A stretch of DNA of 64,000 nucleotides from a bacterium (GTDB lineage: Bacteria; Cyanobacteriota; Vampirovibrionia; Gastranaerophilales; JBAXKC01). Made by a program: the position numbers and the translations under genes. Shown piece after piece: positions 9,888-19,635 of this stretch. The notes below the pieces were generated by a model. It was not told where the DNA came from, did not search any database, and saw only the letters and a program-made list of their open reading frames with translations. Location of the stretch: positions 96,001 to 160,000 of the forward strand of contig JBAXKC010000001.1 in the NCBI GenBank assembly GCA_037137535.1, given 5' to 3'. The stretch's first letter is position 1, and each line of letters begins with the position of its first letter.

Positions 9888-11261
9888 TTATCTTCCGATG
9901 TTAATGATTGATTGCATTATCTGACTCTGTGTTGAGAAAACTCTACTACTTGCTTCAATTCCTCTTTGAGCCAGCATCATCTCTGAGAATTCAGTAGGTA
10001 AGTCGATATTTGCTGTTTCTAATGCCCCAGAATCCACCATTCCAAGTCCACCTGCTTTACCCACGCCATACATAGTGTTTCCTGAACCTGGTCCAAACTG
10101 AAAAAGGTTACCTGACGTGGACATTAAACCTTTTGGATTTGCAACGTTACAAATCTGCAATTGTAATTCTTGAGGCTTTATAGCAGTAACAGAACCACCA
10201 TTAGCTCCTGTAATATCTGCTCCATTAATCTCAGTACCTGTTACTGTTTTATAAGATAAAGCTCTTACCGGATCTCCTGATACTGTAATTTTAGCACCGT
10301 TAGAATAAACTGCTTCAATTGCTCCATCTTTACCTACGGAAAAAGAGGACATTGAATATGTACTTGGAGAAGAATCACCCGGCTCAATACTTATTTTATT
10401 GGTATTTTTCAATCCTATGCTTGAAGTTGTAGTTACAGGAGTAGAAGCGGCAGGGTCTAAAGTTAAAGAATTAAAACCCATTACACTAAAGAAATTACTG
10501 GAATCTCCCGAGTCGCCGAATGTAACTTTTGCAGTAGCTCCGGGACTAGGCTCATCCGGTGCAATGTCAATACTAAGTTTATTTCCTGTAATAGTAGCGG
10601 TTACACCATCAAGAGCATCTATATCTGCTCTTACACTTTCAATTGTGGAATTTTTATCAATGGTAACTGTCTTAGTAGTTACGCTTGTAGGCGAGCCTAA
10701 TCCATCATCAATTTTAAAACTGAATGTTCCCTCAGAAACTGCAGGAGCTTGTCCGGAACATGCATTGGTGATTTTATCTCCAGCCGCAGCATCAGGCATT
10801 GAAAGTTTTAAAGTCTGAGGAATTCTAATCGGAGCTACACTTCCGGAAGGACTAACTACGTTTGCTGTGCCTAGAACTGATAAACCTTGAGGAGTAACAA
10901 GGTTTCCATCTCCATTAATGGAGAAGTTACCGGCTCTTGTCAAAGAAATAGAACCTAGAGGATCTTTAACCGTAAAAAAGCCATCACCTTGAATGTTAAG
11001 ATCGGTAGTTCTTCCTGTTGTTTGAACTGTTCCATTTGAAAAGTTTCTTGATACCTCAGAAAGTGTCGCACCAAGACCAACCTGCATCGGGTTTGTATTA
11101 CTTGATCCATTAGTAAGAGTTCTTACAAAGATATTTTCAAAGTTTACTTTACTACCTTTAAAACCTACCGTATTCATGTTTGCGATATTATCCGCAATTA
11201 CATCTAATTTTGTCTGTGATGTTTTAAGACCCGTAATTGCTGTAAATAGGGCTTGAGACAT
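9888..11261 (-). CDS. flgE: Flagellar hook protein FlgE
   Basis: LFTAITGL...IADNIANMNTVGFK, TGRTTDLNIQGDGFF, TRAGNF, C-terminal GALETANIDL...AQRG; follows flgD. Confidence 0.93.
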   Translation of the reverse strand: MSQALFTAITGLKTSQTKLDVIADNIANMNTVGFKGSKVNFENIFVRTLTNGSSNTNPMQVGLGATLSEVSRNFSNGTVQTTGRTTDLNIQGDGFFTVKDPLGSISLTRAGNFSINGDGNLVTPQGLSVLGTANVVSPSGSVAPIRIPQTLKLSMPDAAAGDKITNACSGQAPAVSEGTFSFKIDDGLGSPTSVTTKTVTIDKNSTIESVRADIDALDGVTATITGNKLSIDIAPDEPSPGATAKVTFGDSGDSSNFFSVMGFNSLTLDPAASTPVTTTSSIGLKNTNKISIEPGDSSPSTYSMSSFSVGKDGAIEAVYSNGAKITVSGDPVRALSYKTVTGTEINGADITGANGGSVTAIKPQELQLQICNVANPKGLMSTSGNLFQFGPGSGNTMYGVGKAGGLGMVDSGALETANIDLPTEFSEMMLAQRGIEASSRVFSTQSQIMQSIINIGR

Positions 11262-11287
11262 TATTCAACCTCCTCAATCAATATTAT

Positions 11288-11707
11288 TTATTTTATGCTC
11301 TGTACTAAATTCATCGGATATGCCTTGTTATTAATAAGAAGATTAGCACCCTTGCTATCTATCTGTGCCTCACTGACTACACCCTTAATGGTACTATTTG
11401 GATTATCAGGATCTGTCATTGTAACTTCTTTTCCAATAAGAGCACTTGCTTGCATAATTTGATTAGATGAATTCTGATTTTTATTTAATTTTTGAAGCTC
11501 GCTTATCTGTGTAAATTGAGCGGTTTGTTGAATAAATTGCTCATTTTTTGTTGGCTCCATAGGATCCTGATTTTGCATTTGCTGCATCAATAATTGAAGA
11601 AATGCATCCTGATCCATGTTACTGCTGCCCATTCTGGTTTTTGCTTTCTCCGCATTAACCATTTTAGTATTATTGGTTATATCTGTTAATGTATTTTGTA
11701 CTAACAT
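11288..11707 (-). CDS. flgD: Flagellar hook cap FlgD
   Basis: DQDAFLQLLMQQMQNQDPMEP...AQFTQI, ASALIGKEV. Confidence 0.93.
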   Translation of the reverse strand: MLVQNTLTDITNNTKMVNAEKAKTRMGSSNMDQDAFLQLLMQQMQNQDPMEPTKNEQFIQQTAQFTQISELQKLNKNQNSSNQIMQASALIGKEVTMTDPDNPNSTIKGVVSEAQIDSKGANLLINNKAYPMNLVQSIK

Positions 11708-11724
11708 GCTTACCCCTTTTCCTC

Positions 11725-13383
11725 CTAGATAGTGTAATCGACTAATCCCTGATGATTAAGCGTTTGTGGCTGAGCTGACGTATCTGCTTCAATCTCACCT
11801 AAATCTTTCTGATAATTATTCATCAACGTCCCCTCTGAGGTTTCATTGCTATTTTGCGATGATTTGTTTTGATTATTCAAATTAGATTGCTCAAATGCCT
11901 GTGCATTTTCATTAAACTGTTGAGAAGGGTTTTGATTTTGTGGTGATTGTTCGGAAGATTGAACTACTATCTTGCCTACGCTGATTCCTTGCTCTGTTAA
12001 TGTCTGTTTTAAGGATTCTATACCTTTATTTATTATTTCTTTGACATGCTCATTTTCAGTATCTATTTTAGCGGTTAAAACACCATTTTCACTTATTAAC
12101 TTAATATCAACTTTACCTAACTTATCGGGTCTTAATGATATTGTTATTTCTTTGTTATCCTGCTTTAATTCCGCTTTTAGCTTGTCATTAATTTGATTTA
12201 ATATCTCTTTTGCCTGTTCACTTCTTTGAGCTAATGGAGTTTTTTCTATTTTCAGCTGTGCTGCAAAGTCCGATTTAGCTACTCCTTGCATTTCACCTGT
12301 TGCCATTAATTTAAAATCAGGCTGTTTTTGAGCGAAATTATTTGAATTTGTACCATTTTTACCCATACTTGAAGTATCTTTAGAAACCTGTTGAATTTGC
12401 ATTCTTGCCATCATAGTTTTTACATCTTCAGTCTGTTCATTACTTCTAGGAGCTTTAACAGAGACTTCTTGCTTTTTAGTTTCTAATGGTCTTTCAACCT
12501 TTTGAGTCAAGGTATCATTATTCTCTGAAACTTTTACCGTTGCATCTTTATCAATATTAATTTCAGGTTTATTTTTTAATTTTTCAATATTTTTCTTATT
12601 TTCTAAAATATTATGTTTTTCTGATACTTCGGCAAGAACTTTTTTATTATTAGAGATTTGTTCTTTGTTATTAACATTTTCTACTTTAAAGTCAACAACA
12701 TCCTTTTTAGCCTCTGTTGCATTATCTGTATTTTTTGTATGAGTACTAATATGCTTTAATTTTGACTCAAGCTCAGCAACTTTATCCGTTGTCTCCGGCT
12801 TACCTTTAACATCTACCCCTTCAGCTATATTTTTTGACTTAATTTCTGATTTAAACTCTGATTTGGGAACGGTTACGGATTTTAGTTTATTATTTTGTTC
12901 TTTAATCTCAGTTTGTCCCAGTTTTTCAGTTGATATAGGTTGTTTTGTATAAACAACAGGTTGCTCAGGCTTTTCTCCGGTTTTAATCTCTTGTTTAGGA
13001 GCTACATAAGATTGAGTATTAATGTATAGACTTGGATCAATTTCATTTTTATCTTTTTCAGAAGAATTCTTTTTAGTACTTTCTTCCTCTTTATGTTCAT
13101 TTATATATGACTTTTCAGAAGGAGAATAAGAATTTTTTGACACTTCATTCTGTTGATTATAGCTATAATCATTATTTTTAACCTCTGACTGATTAGACTG
13201 TTTTGAATCAGCCATAGACATAGAATTAAATTTACTTTTTTGAAATGTAATAGTTTTAGATGCAAACTCAAATATATTTGCAAACCCCTTAGCATCAGAA
13301 GAATCCATTGCCTTTTTCCCTTGAGAAATAGGAGAAACAGAAGGTTTTACTCTGTCTATCGTTGTTTCATTTAAAACTGTCAT
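11725..13383 (-). CDS. fliK: Flagellar hook-length control protein FliK
   Basis: Long disordered N-terminus; C-terminal ISLRPDKLGKVDIKL...LKQTLTEQGI (Flg_hook); upstream of flgD. Confidence 0.9.
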   Translation of the reverse strand: MTVLNETTIDRVKPSVSPISQGKKAMDSSDAKGFANIFEFASKTITFQKSKFNSMSMADSKQSNQSEVKNNDYSYNQQNEVSKNSYSPSEKSYINEHKEEESTKKNSSEKDKNEIDPSLYINTQSYVAPKQEIKTGEKPEQPVVYTKQPISTEKLGQTEIKEQNNKLKSVTVPKSEFKSEIKSKNIAEGVDVKGKPETTDKVAELESKLKHISTHTKNTDNATEAKKDVVDFKVENVNNKEQISNNKKVLAEVSEKHNILENKKNIEKLKNKPEINIDKDATVKVSENNDTLTQKVERPLETKKQEVSVKAPRSNEQTEDVKTMMARMQIQQVSKDTSSMGKNGTNSNNFAQKQPDFKLMATGEMQGVAKSDFAAQLKIEKTPLAQRSEQAKEILNQINDKLKAELKQDNKEITISLRPDKLGKVDIKLISENGVLTAKIDTENEHVKEIINKGIESLKQTLTEQGISVGKIVVQSSEQSPQNQNPSQQFNENAQAFEQSNLNNQNKSSQNSNETSEGTLMNNYQKDLGEIEADTSAQPQTLNHQGLVDYTI

Positions 13384-13398
13384 CCTCGTCCCCTTACT

Positions 13399-13854
13399 TT
13401 ATATACTCTGATTTCTTATGTATCTTGATGTCGCAATATCATCAATTTCAGCCATTGTATGTTTTTCTATCTTTTCATTAAATTCTTTTAAACCTTTCTC
13501 TTTAAGTTTTTCAAGAATTTTCTTTGCTTTCATTGCTTCGAGCATTATGTTCTTTTTTTCTTCCAGTTCAAACTCAACGTCAGCTATTACTTTATGTTGA
13601 TGTCCGATATCAGATTCAAGTTTTACTATATAACCCCTATAGTTATTAATAGTAAAAGGATCAATTGATAATGAAGAAGAAAGTACCGACTTTAAGCCCA
13701 CATTTGTTTGCTTTAACTTATCATAGAGCTCTTCTAACTTTTTATTTTCCAATTGCAACTTATATTGCACTCTGGAAAACTCAAGCTGAGCATTTTCAAG
13801 CTGATTTGTTCTAGTATCAAGTAAACTTTGAAGCCGAAACTTATAGCCTTTCAA
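13399..13854 (-). CDS. fliJ: Flagellar export chaperone FliJ
   Basis: YKFRLQSLLD N-terminus, KILEKLKEK...EIDDIA C-terminus; TTG start. Confidence 0.88.
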   Translation of the reverse strand: MKGYKFRLQSLLDTRTNQLENAQLEFSRVQYKLQLENKKLEELYDKLKQTNVGLKSVLSSSLSIDPFTINNYRGYIVKLESDIGHQHKVIADVEFELEEKKNIMLEAMKAKKILEKLKEKGLKEFNEKIEKHTMAEIDDIATSRYIRNQSI

Positions 13855-13987
13855 CCCGAACCCCTACTGATAATAAGTTGTTATACCCCGTCATATAAGA
13901 AGATTACCTCATGAAAAAAACCTTTACATCCTCCAAAAAAAGTATAAGAACCCCAATACTTTAGTAGGATAAGGATTAACGATGAAT

Positions 13988-14009
13988 ATATAGACCATCT
14001 GGTCTATAT
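13988..14009. promoter_or_regulatory. Perfect 10-bp inverted repeat, possible operator
   Basis: ATATAGACCA-tc-TGGTCTATAT in the divergent region between fliJ and the small ORFs. Confidence 0.4.
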
Positions 14010-14097
14010 CCAAAGACAGATGGAGAAACATGATTGTATTATTAAAATAATATATATAATGTTTCATTAAAGTTGTTTTAGAAAAGAGGAATATCTT

Positions 14098-14229
14098 ATG
14101 ACACATGATGAAAAGTTAAATAAATATTACGCTTATGCTGCTAAAAAACTTCTTAAAGAAAAAAAATTAGACCTTTTTAAATGGGTAACATCAATGAATA
14201 AAAAACCAGAACAAGACTTTTTGTTTTAA
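14098..14229 (+). CDS. Small hypothetical protein, 43 aa (paralog A)
   Basis: MTHDEKLNKYYAYAAKKLLKEKKLDLFKWVTSMNKKPEQDFLF; GAGGA RBS and upstream TATAAT; similar to the next ORF. Confidence 0.7.
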   Translation: MTHDEKLNKYYAYAAKKLLKEKKLDLFKWVTSMNKKPEQDFLF

Positions 14230-14334
14230 TCTAAAATTTTACAAACGCAATTTTTTATATACTTTGTTTTATAACTAATATATTGTGGAATACATATAAT
14301 CCATTTAAAAGTATTTTGATAAAGGTAAAAAATT

Positions 14335-14484
14335 ATGGCAAATAGTGAAAAACTAAATAAATATTATGAAAATGCAGCGAAGCAAATACTAAGAGAAAAA
14401 GGACAAAATTTCTATAAATGGCTAAAACTTGTATCACTTCAAAAAGATAAGCAAGATGTGCTAGATATAATCGAAGATCAATAA
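14335..14484 (+). CDS. Small hypothetical protein, 49 aa (paralog B)
   Basis: MANSEKLNKYYENAAKQILREKGQNFYKWLKLVSLQKDKQDVLDIIEDQ; AAGGT RBS and upstream TATAAT; terminator follows. Confidence 0.7.
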   Translation: MANSEKLNKYYENAAKQILREKGQNFYKWLKLVSLQKDKQDVLDIIEDQ

Positions 14485-14486
14485 AC

Positions 14487-14521
14487 AAAAAAGGATTGTT
14501 TAATTAAAAACAATCCTTTTT
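14487..14521. terminator. Bidirectional intrinsic terminator
   Basis: AAAAAGGATTGTTT / AAACAATCCTTTTT between convergent genes. Confidence 0.8.
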
Positions 14522-14539
14522 CATTATAAATAGAAATAA

Positions 14540-16276
14540 CTATTTTGTAGTTTTGACAACTTCATTATTATCAGAATTAAATTCTGTTTTAGCAGACTGC
14601 TGAATTTTTTCTATTTCTTTTTTAAGCGTTGGTAATTCTTTATCCTTGCCTGTTTTTTTATACCAATCATCTAACAATTTTTTATATTCTTCACCTGAGA
14701 AATTATTTCCGCCTTTTCCTGCAACTTCTTTATATAATCCAACATATTCTTCGATAAATTCTCTATGGAAATCAATAATTTTCTTGGCAATAAGACTTGC
14801 CGAATCAGATATTTGCTTAATATCTTTAGAAACTTCCTGAGTTACAGCTGATTTTGCATAATCATTAGCTTTAGCACAAACTTGTTTTGTATTAGGCCCT
14901 AATCCTAAAGCAGTAACACCATCTGTAATTATCTCTGTGGCAACTTTAAGATCTTCAGAAACTCCATCAAGGTTTGTACCGCCTAATCTGGCTCTTTCAA
15001 TATTATAACTTCCATAACAGACAGCCGCTTCTGCCAGCATTGAATTAAAGGACATATGAGGGTTTTCCCCTTCATCTGTAAATACTGCACCAAGGAATTT
15101 ATCCCTTTCATCAAGACTTATAATTGAGTTTTGATGAGGCTTTTCCCATGGATTTTTAGCAAAATCGGATAATACTTGTCCGACAAGAGCATGTCCGCAT
15201 TCATGAGCAACTGTATTTTCCTTATCCCACTTTGGAAGATCTGAGAAAACTTTAGGACCTGCCAATAATTCTATTTTAGATTCAAAAATATCATTAGTTG
15301 TAATATATTTAGGCTCATCCCTTAAAGCAGCAAAATTTGCAGCTCTATTCATTACTTCAGCAAGCTGAGCACCTGAAAGTCCTCTAGTTATTTTTGCTCC
15401 CTCTTCAAGAACTTTCTTTTTATCTTCTTCCGATTTGAATTTCTTATCTAAAGAATGAATAGCCAGAATTTCAGTTCTTGCCTGTTTATTTCTTGAAGGA
15501 TTAGGAATTTTCAAAGTATAATCAAATCTTCCCGGTCTTATAGCGGCGGCATCAAGATCTTCAAGTCTATTTGTAGCCGCAAGGAAAATAATTCCTTTAT
15601 TATCAGTCGTTCCATCCATTTCTCTTAAAAACTGATTAAGAACCTTTCTGTCTTCGTTATGCTCATTGTCTTTACCTCTTGCCCCTGCTAATGAATCAAA
15701 TTCATCAATCAAAACAATAACTTTATGTGCAGGTGTATCAGTGACAACTTCTCTTGCTTTTACAAATAAAGCCTTAACTGCCTTAGGTCCATCGCCTAAA
15801 TATTTTTGAGCAAAATCACTTCCTGAAACTGAAATCAGAGGTAGTTCCGCTTCTCCTGCTATTGCTTTAGCTAAAAGAGTTTTACCGGTTCCGGGCGGGC
15901 CATATAATAAAATCCCTTTAGGTATTTTAGCTCCTTGCTCTGCAAATTTTTCAGGATGCTTCATATATTCTATAACTCGGTTTTTGATGATATCTTTAAT
16001 TTCACTAATACCCCCAACATCTTTAAGTTTTACGCCTGTATAATGAATCACGTTAAATTCAGGGAGTTCACTATCACTTCCAAATGCGCTAAAACCTTTA
16101 AATGGCAAAAAATTAGCTTTTAAGTGATTTGCATTATAATTAGACAACAAAGCGTTATGGGATAATGCTAATCCATTTGTTTTTAACTGACTTTTCTGTT
16201 GAGTTTGTTTCTTTTGCAACTCAATACTGTTCAATCCTTCATTCAAAAATAAAGGATTCAGTTTAACTGAAACCAT
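14540..16276 (-). CDS. FtsH-like AAA+ / M41 zinc metalloprotease without TM anchors
   Basis: GPPGTGKT, LIDEFD, ATNR...RPGRFD, HECGH; hydrophilic N-terminus. Confidence 0.88.
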   Translation of the reverse strand: MVSVKLNPLFLNEGLNSIELQKKQTQQKSQLKTNGLALSHNALLSNYNANHLKANFLPFKGFSAFGSDSELPEFNVIHYTGVKLKDVGGISEIKDIIKNRVIEYMKHPEKFAEQGAKIPKGILLYGPPGTGKTLLAKAIAGEAELPLISVSGSDFAQKYLGDGPKAVKALFVKAREVVTDTPAHKVIVLIDEFDSLAGARGKDNEHNEDRKVLNQFLREMDGTTDNKGIIFLAATNRLEDLDAAAIRPGRFDYTLKIPNPSRNKQARTEILAIHSLDKKFKSEEDKKKVLEEGAKITRGLSGAQLAEVMNRAANFAALRDEPKYITTNDIFESKIELLAGPKVFSDLPKWDKENTVAHECGHALVGQVLSDFAKNPWEKPHQNSIISLDERDKFLGAVFTDEGENPHMSFNSMLAEAAVCYGSYNIERARLGGTNLDGVSEDLKVATEIITDGVTALGLGPNTKQVCAKANDYAKSAVTQEVSKDIKQISDSASLIAKKIIDFHREFIEEYVGLYKEVAGKGGNNFSGEEYKKLLDDWYKKTGKDKELPTLKKEIEKIQQSAKTEFNSDNNEVVKTTK

Positions 16277-16580
16277 TCTGATCTCTCCTTCTACCTTCGC
16301 CTCTTTTAGTGTTTAACGTACACTTATATTTACTGTTTTAAATTATATATCAAATTTTAAAATCATACCCAATTCTTTATTAAATTATTATATCTTTATA
16401 AATCCTTTCAGGGCGAATTCAGGCAGGCAGCAGAGACCCACATGTAAAACATGCATTTAAAATATTTATTAAATATATACAAAATACGCAATTTTCAAGA
16501 TCAGTTTGTTTTTATATAAATACAGAGGGAAATAAAAAAGAGAATTTAAAATAAAGCGAGTTTTTTGGGGAGGCAGGTTT

Positions 16581-17150
16581 ATGGGTTTTGACGATATTTC
16601 ATTAGCAAAAATTAAATTTCATTCTTATACTTCAACAACTTCAAATGGAAATGTACAATCAGCAAATCCTTTTAATCAAAGTATTTTTTCAAATTCTACT
16701 TCAGTAAATACAAAGACTCCAAATTCTAGTCTTTCTTATAATAATTCACAGTTCGGAGTGACAACGCCAAACTCCTCTGTTTTTAACAGTTCAACAAGTT
16801 TAAATTATTCAACAACTAATGCAAACAATAACGATAGCTCAATATTTGCAAAGAAGCATCACCATGCACACCACCATCAACATAAAAACAAGGTAGATAC
16901 AGCGAGTAATCCTCAACTTGATGCGATACTTGCCAATGTTGACAATTATATTGCACAATTAGAACAACAAAGTCAGACACAAGAATCCAATAATCCTGAC
17001 AATCAAAATACTGATAATAATGGAGACGATGACAACTTCTTTAAAAAATTAACAAAAACTGCTATTCCAATAGCAATGAGCTTCACAGGTGCAGGCGGCA
17101 ATCCGATTACTGATGCAATAGGTGGTATTGGCGGACTATTTGGTCTTTAA
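16581..17150 (+). CDS. Low-complexity Ser/Asn/Thr-rich protein with His patch and Gly-rich hydrophobic C-terminus
   Basis: Strong GGGGAGG RBS; terminator follows. Confidence 0.7.
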   Translation: MGFDDISLAKIKFHSYTSTTSNGNVQSANPFNQSIFSNSTSVNTKTPNSSLSYNNSQFGVTTPNSSVFNSSTSLNYSTTNANNNDSSIFAKKHHHAHHHQHKNKVDTASNPQLDAILANVDNYIAQLEQQSQTQESNNPDNQNTDNNGDDDNFFKKLTKTAIPIAMSFTGAGGNPITDAIGGIGGLFGL

Positions 17151-17192
17151 TCAATAAAAAACTTACTCAAAACTCCCAATAAAACTCATTTT

Positions 17193-17214
17193 AAAGGACT
17201 TCGGTCCTTTTTTT
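17193..17214 (+). terminator. Intrinsic terminator with cUUCGg tetraloop
   Basis: AAAGGAC-TTCG-GTCCTTT followed by a T-run. Confidence 0.85.
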
Positions 17215-17271
17215 ATTTTAAAAGACCGAAAGCTAAACCTTCGGTCTTTTAAAATTATTACAATCCTCTGT

Positions 17272-18609
17272 TTATTTTTTGCTTAAAGCCTTTTTATTGA
17301 TGCAAACAGGTTTTTTTCCGATAGAAATATAATCAAAGCCTCTTTTTAAAAGTCTTTCTGGATCGTATTGATTTCTTCCGTCAAAAATAACAGGCTTATT
17401 CAATAACTCTTTAATTTTTTCAAAATCAGGTCTTCTGAATTCATTCCATTCTGTTGCTAAAATCAAAGCATCCGAGTTTTCAAGTGCATCATAATTACTT
17501 TTAGCATATTCAATAGAATCACCAAAAATAGTTTTTGCTTCTTCCATTGCTTTAGGGTCATAAGCCTTAATTTTTGCTCCTGCAGCTAAAAGACTTTTAA
17601 CTATAGTAATTGCAGGTGCTTCTCTCATATCATTTGTTCTAGGCTTAAATGCAAGTCCCCATAAAGCAAAAGTCATGCCCTTCAAGTCACCTTGATAATA
17701 TTCAAATATTTTATTAATAAAGATTTCTCGTTGATTTTTATTTACGAAATCAACCGCTGAAAGGATTCTAGCCTCTATACCATAAGAGTCGGCAATACTT
17801 CTCAAGGCTTTCACATCTTTAGGAAAACATGATCCTCCGTAGCCAAGCCCTGGGAATAAGAATTGAGAACCTATTCTGCTGTCTGAACTCATTCCTATTC
17901 TTACAAATTCCGCATTTGCTCCGACTTGTTCGCAAAGATTAGCTATTTCATTGGCAAAAGAAATTTTTGTAGCAAGAAAAGAATTTGCCGCATACTTTGA
18001 CATTTCAGCAGATTTTACATCCATTACTATCACGGGATTTCCCGTTCTAAGAAAAGGGCTGTAAATCTCCTGCATAATCTCGGTTGCTTTTTGAGAATTT
18101 GAACCGATAATTACCCTGTCAGGCTTTAAAAAATCATCAATAGCCGCCCCTTGTTTTAAAAACTCAGGATTAGAAACGATATCAAAATCATGATGAGTAT
18201 TATTTCTGATAATTTCCGCAACTTTATCAGCGGTACCGACAGGAACAGTACTTTTATTGACGATAACTTTATAGCCGTTCATTGATTTTGCAATTTGTTC
18301 TGCAACATTGAAAACATAAGTCAAATCAGCAGAACCGTCATCCCCTTGAGGAGTGCCTACCGCAATAATACAAACCGCAGAATTTTTTACGGCTTCATCA
18401 ATATTATCAGTAAAAGACAATCTATTTTCTGCAATATTAACTTTTATAAGTTCATCTAAACCGGGTTCATATATAGGCACTATTCCTTGTCGAAGTGTTT
18501 TTATTTTCTCAAGATTATTATCTACACAAATAATATCGCTTCCCATTTCGGCAAGACAGGTGCCTGCGACTAAACCGACATAACCTGTGCCTATAACGCT
18601 AATTTTCAT
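17272..18609 (-). CDS. ugd: UDP-glucose 6-dehydrogenase
   Basis: [38 protein letters not shown]. Confidence 0.96.
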   Translation of the reverse strand: MKISVIGTGYVGLVAGTCLAEMGSDIICVDNNLEKIKTLRQGIVPIYEPGLDELIKVNIAENRLSFTDNIDEAVKNSAVCIIAVGTPQGDDGSADLTYVFNVAEQIAKSMNGYKVIVNKSTVPVGTADKVAEIIRNNTHHDFDIVSNPEFLKQGAAIDDFLKPDRVIIGSNSQKATEIMQEIYSPFLRTGNPVIVMDVKSAEMSKYAANSFLATKISFANEIANLCEQVGANAEFVRIGMSSDSRIGSQFLFPGLGYGGSCFPKDVKALRSIADSYGIEARILSAVDFVNKNQREIFINKIFEYYQGDLKGMTFALWGLAFKPRTNDMREAPAITIVKSLLAAGAKIKAYDPKAMEEAKTIFGDSIEYAKSNYDALENSDALILATEWNEFRRPDFEKIKELLNKPVIFDGRNQYDPERLLKRGFDYISIGKKPVCINKKALSKK

Positions 18610-19553
18610 TTATTTGTCTCCCCAAGTTTTTTATCAAAATACTCTATTGTTTTTTTCAGTCCATCTTCTAATAAAACAGACGCTTCCCATCCTAATTTAC
18701 TCTTAGCAACTGAAATATCGGGTTTTCTTCTAACAGGATCATCCTGAGGTAATTCTTTATATATAATTTTTGAACTGCTTCCAGTTAATTTAATTATTCT
18801 TTCAGCAAACTCAACTATTTGTGTTTCTACCTGATTTCCTAAATTCACAGGTCCTAAAAATTCTTTTTCAGAATTCATCATTTTCACAATACCGCTGACC
18901 AAGTCAGAAACATAGCAGAACGACCTTGTCTGTGAACCGTCTCCATATACTGTAATGTCCTGATTTCTAAGAGCCTGAACTATAAAATTACTTACAACTC
19001 TACCGTCATTTTCAGCCATTCTGGGGCCATAAGTATTAAATATTCTTATGATTTTAGCTTCCACTCCATATTGACGGTTATAATCCATCATTAAAGTTTC
19101 AGCCGCACGTTTTCCTTCATCATAACAACTTCTGATACCGATAGGATTAACATTTCCCCAATAACTTTCCCTTTGAGGATGTTCTTTTGGATCGCCGTAA
19201 ACTTCTGAAGTTGATGCCTGTAAAATCCTTGCATTATTAGCTTTTGCAAGCTCTAACATATTAATGATACCAATTACACTGGTTTTCATTGTTTTTATAG
19301 GATCATATTGATAATGAACAGGCGAAGCCGGACAAGCCATGTTATAAATCTGATCAACTTCTAATGAAATAGAATCAATAACATCATGATTAATAAGCTC
19401 AAAATTCTTATGCTCCAGTAATTGAACCACGTTATCTTTAGAGCCTGTAAAAAAGTTATCTAAGCAGATTACATGATTTCCTTCACTTAAAAGTTTTTCG
19501 CAAAGATGAGAACCAATAAAACCTGCACCACCTGTTATTAAAATTCTATTCAT
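18606..19553 (-). CDS. uxs: UDP-glucuronate decarboxylase (UDP-xylose synthase)
   Basis: [38 protein letters not shown]. Confidence 0.93.
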   Translation of the reverse strand: MNRILITGGAGFIGSHLCEKLLSEGNHVICLDNFFTGSKDNVVQLLEHKNFELINHDVIDSISLEVDQIYNMACPASPVHYQYDPIKTMKTSVIGIINMLELAKANNARILQASTSEVYGDPKEHPQRESYWGNVNPIGIRSCYDEGKRAAETLMMDYNRQYGVEAKIIRIFNTYGPRMAENDGRVVSNFIVQALRNQDITVYGDGSQTRSFCYVSDLVSGIVKMMNSEKEFLGPVNLGNQVETQIVEFAERIIKLTGSSSKIIYKELPQDDPVRRKPDISVAKSKLGWEASVLLEDGLKKTIEYFDKKLGETNK

Positions 19554-19635
19554 TATATTTAATCCTAAAAAATTATATCTGTTTATTGCATTATATCAAT
19601 TTGAATAACTTTATAGGTCATCAACAAACATTATT

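Noticed and set aside
13924-14106. 60-aa minus-strand ORF upstream of fliJ
   Set aside because: No RBS or motif, and it overlaps the promoter and start of the better-supported 14098 small ORF.
16406-16445. GC-rich patch (CAGGGCGAATTCAGGCAGGCAGCAG) as SRP RNA or a repeat
   Set aside because: No GGAA tetraloop helix or long hairpin; only a 14/15 inverted match to 29566-29580, too short to call.
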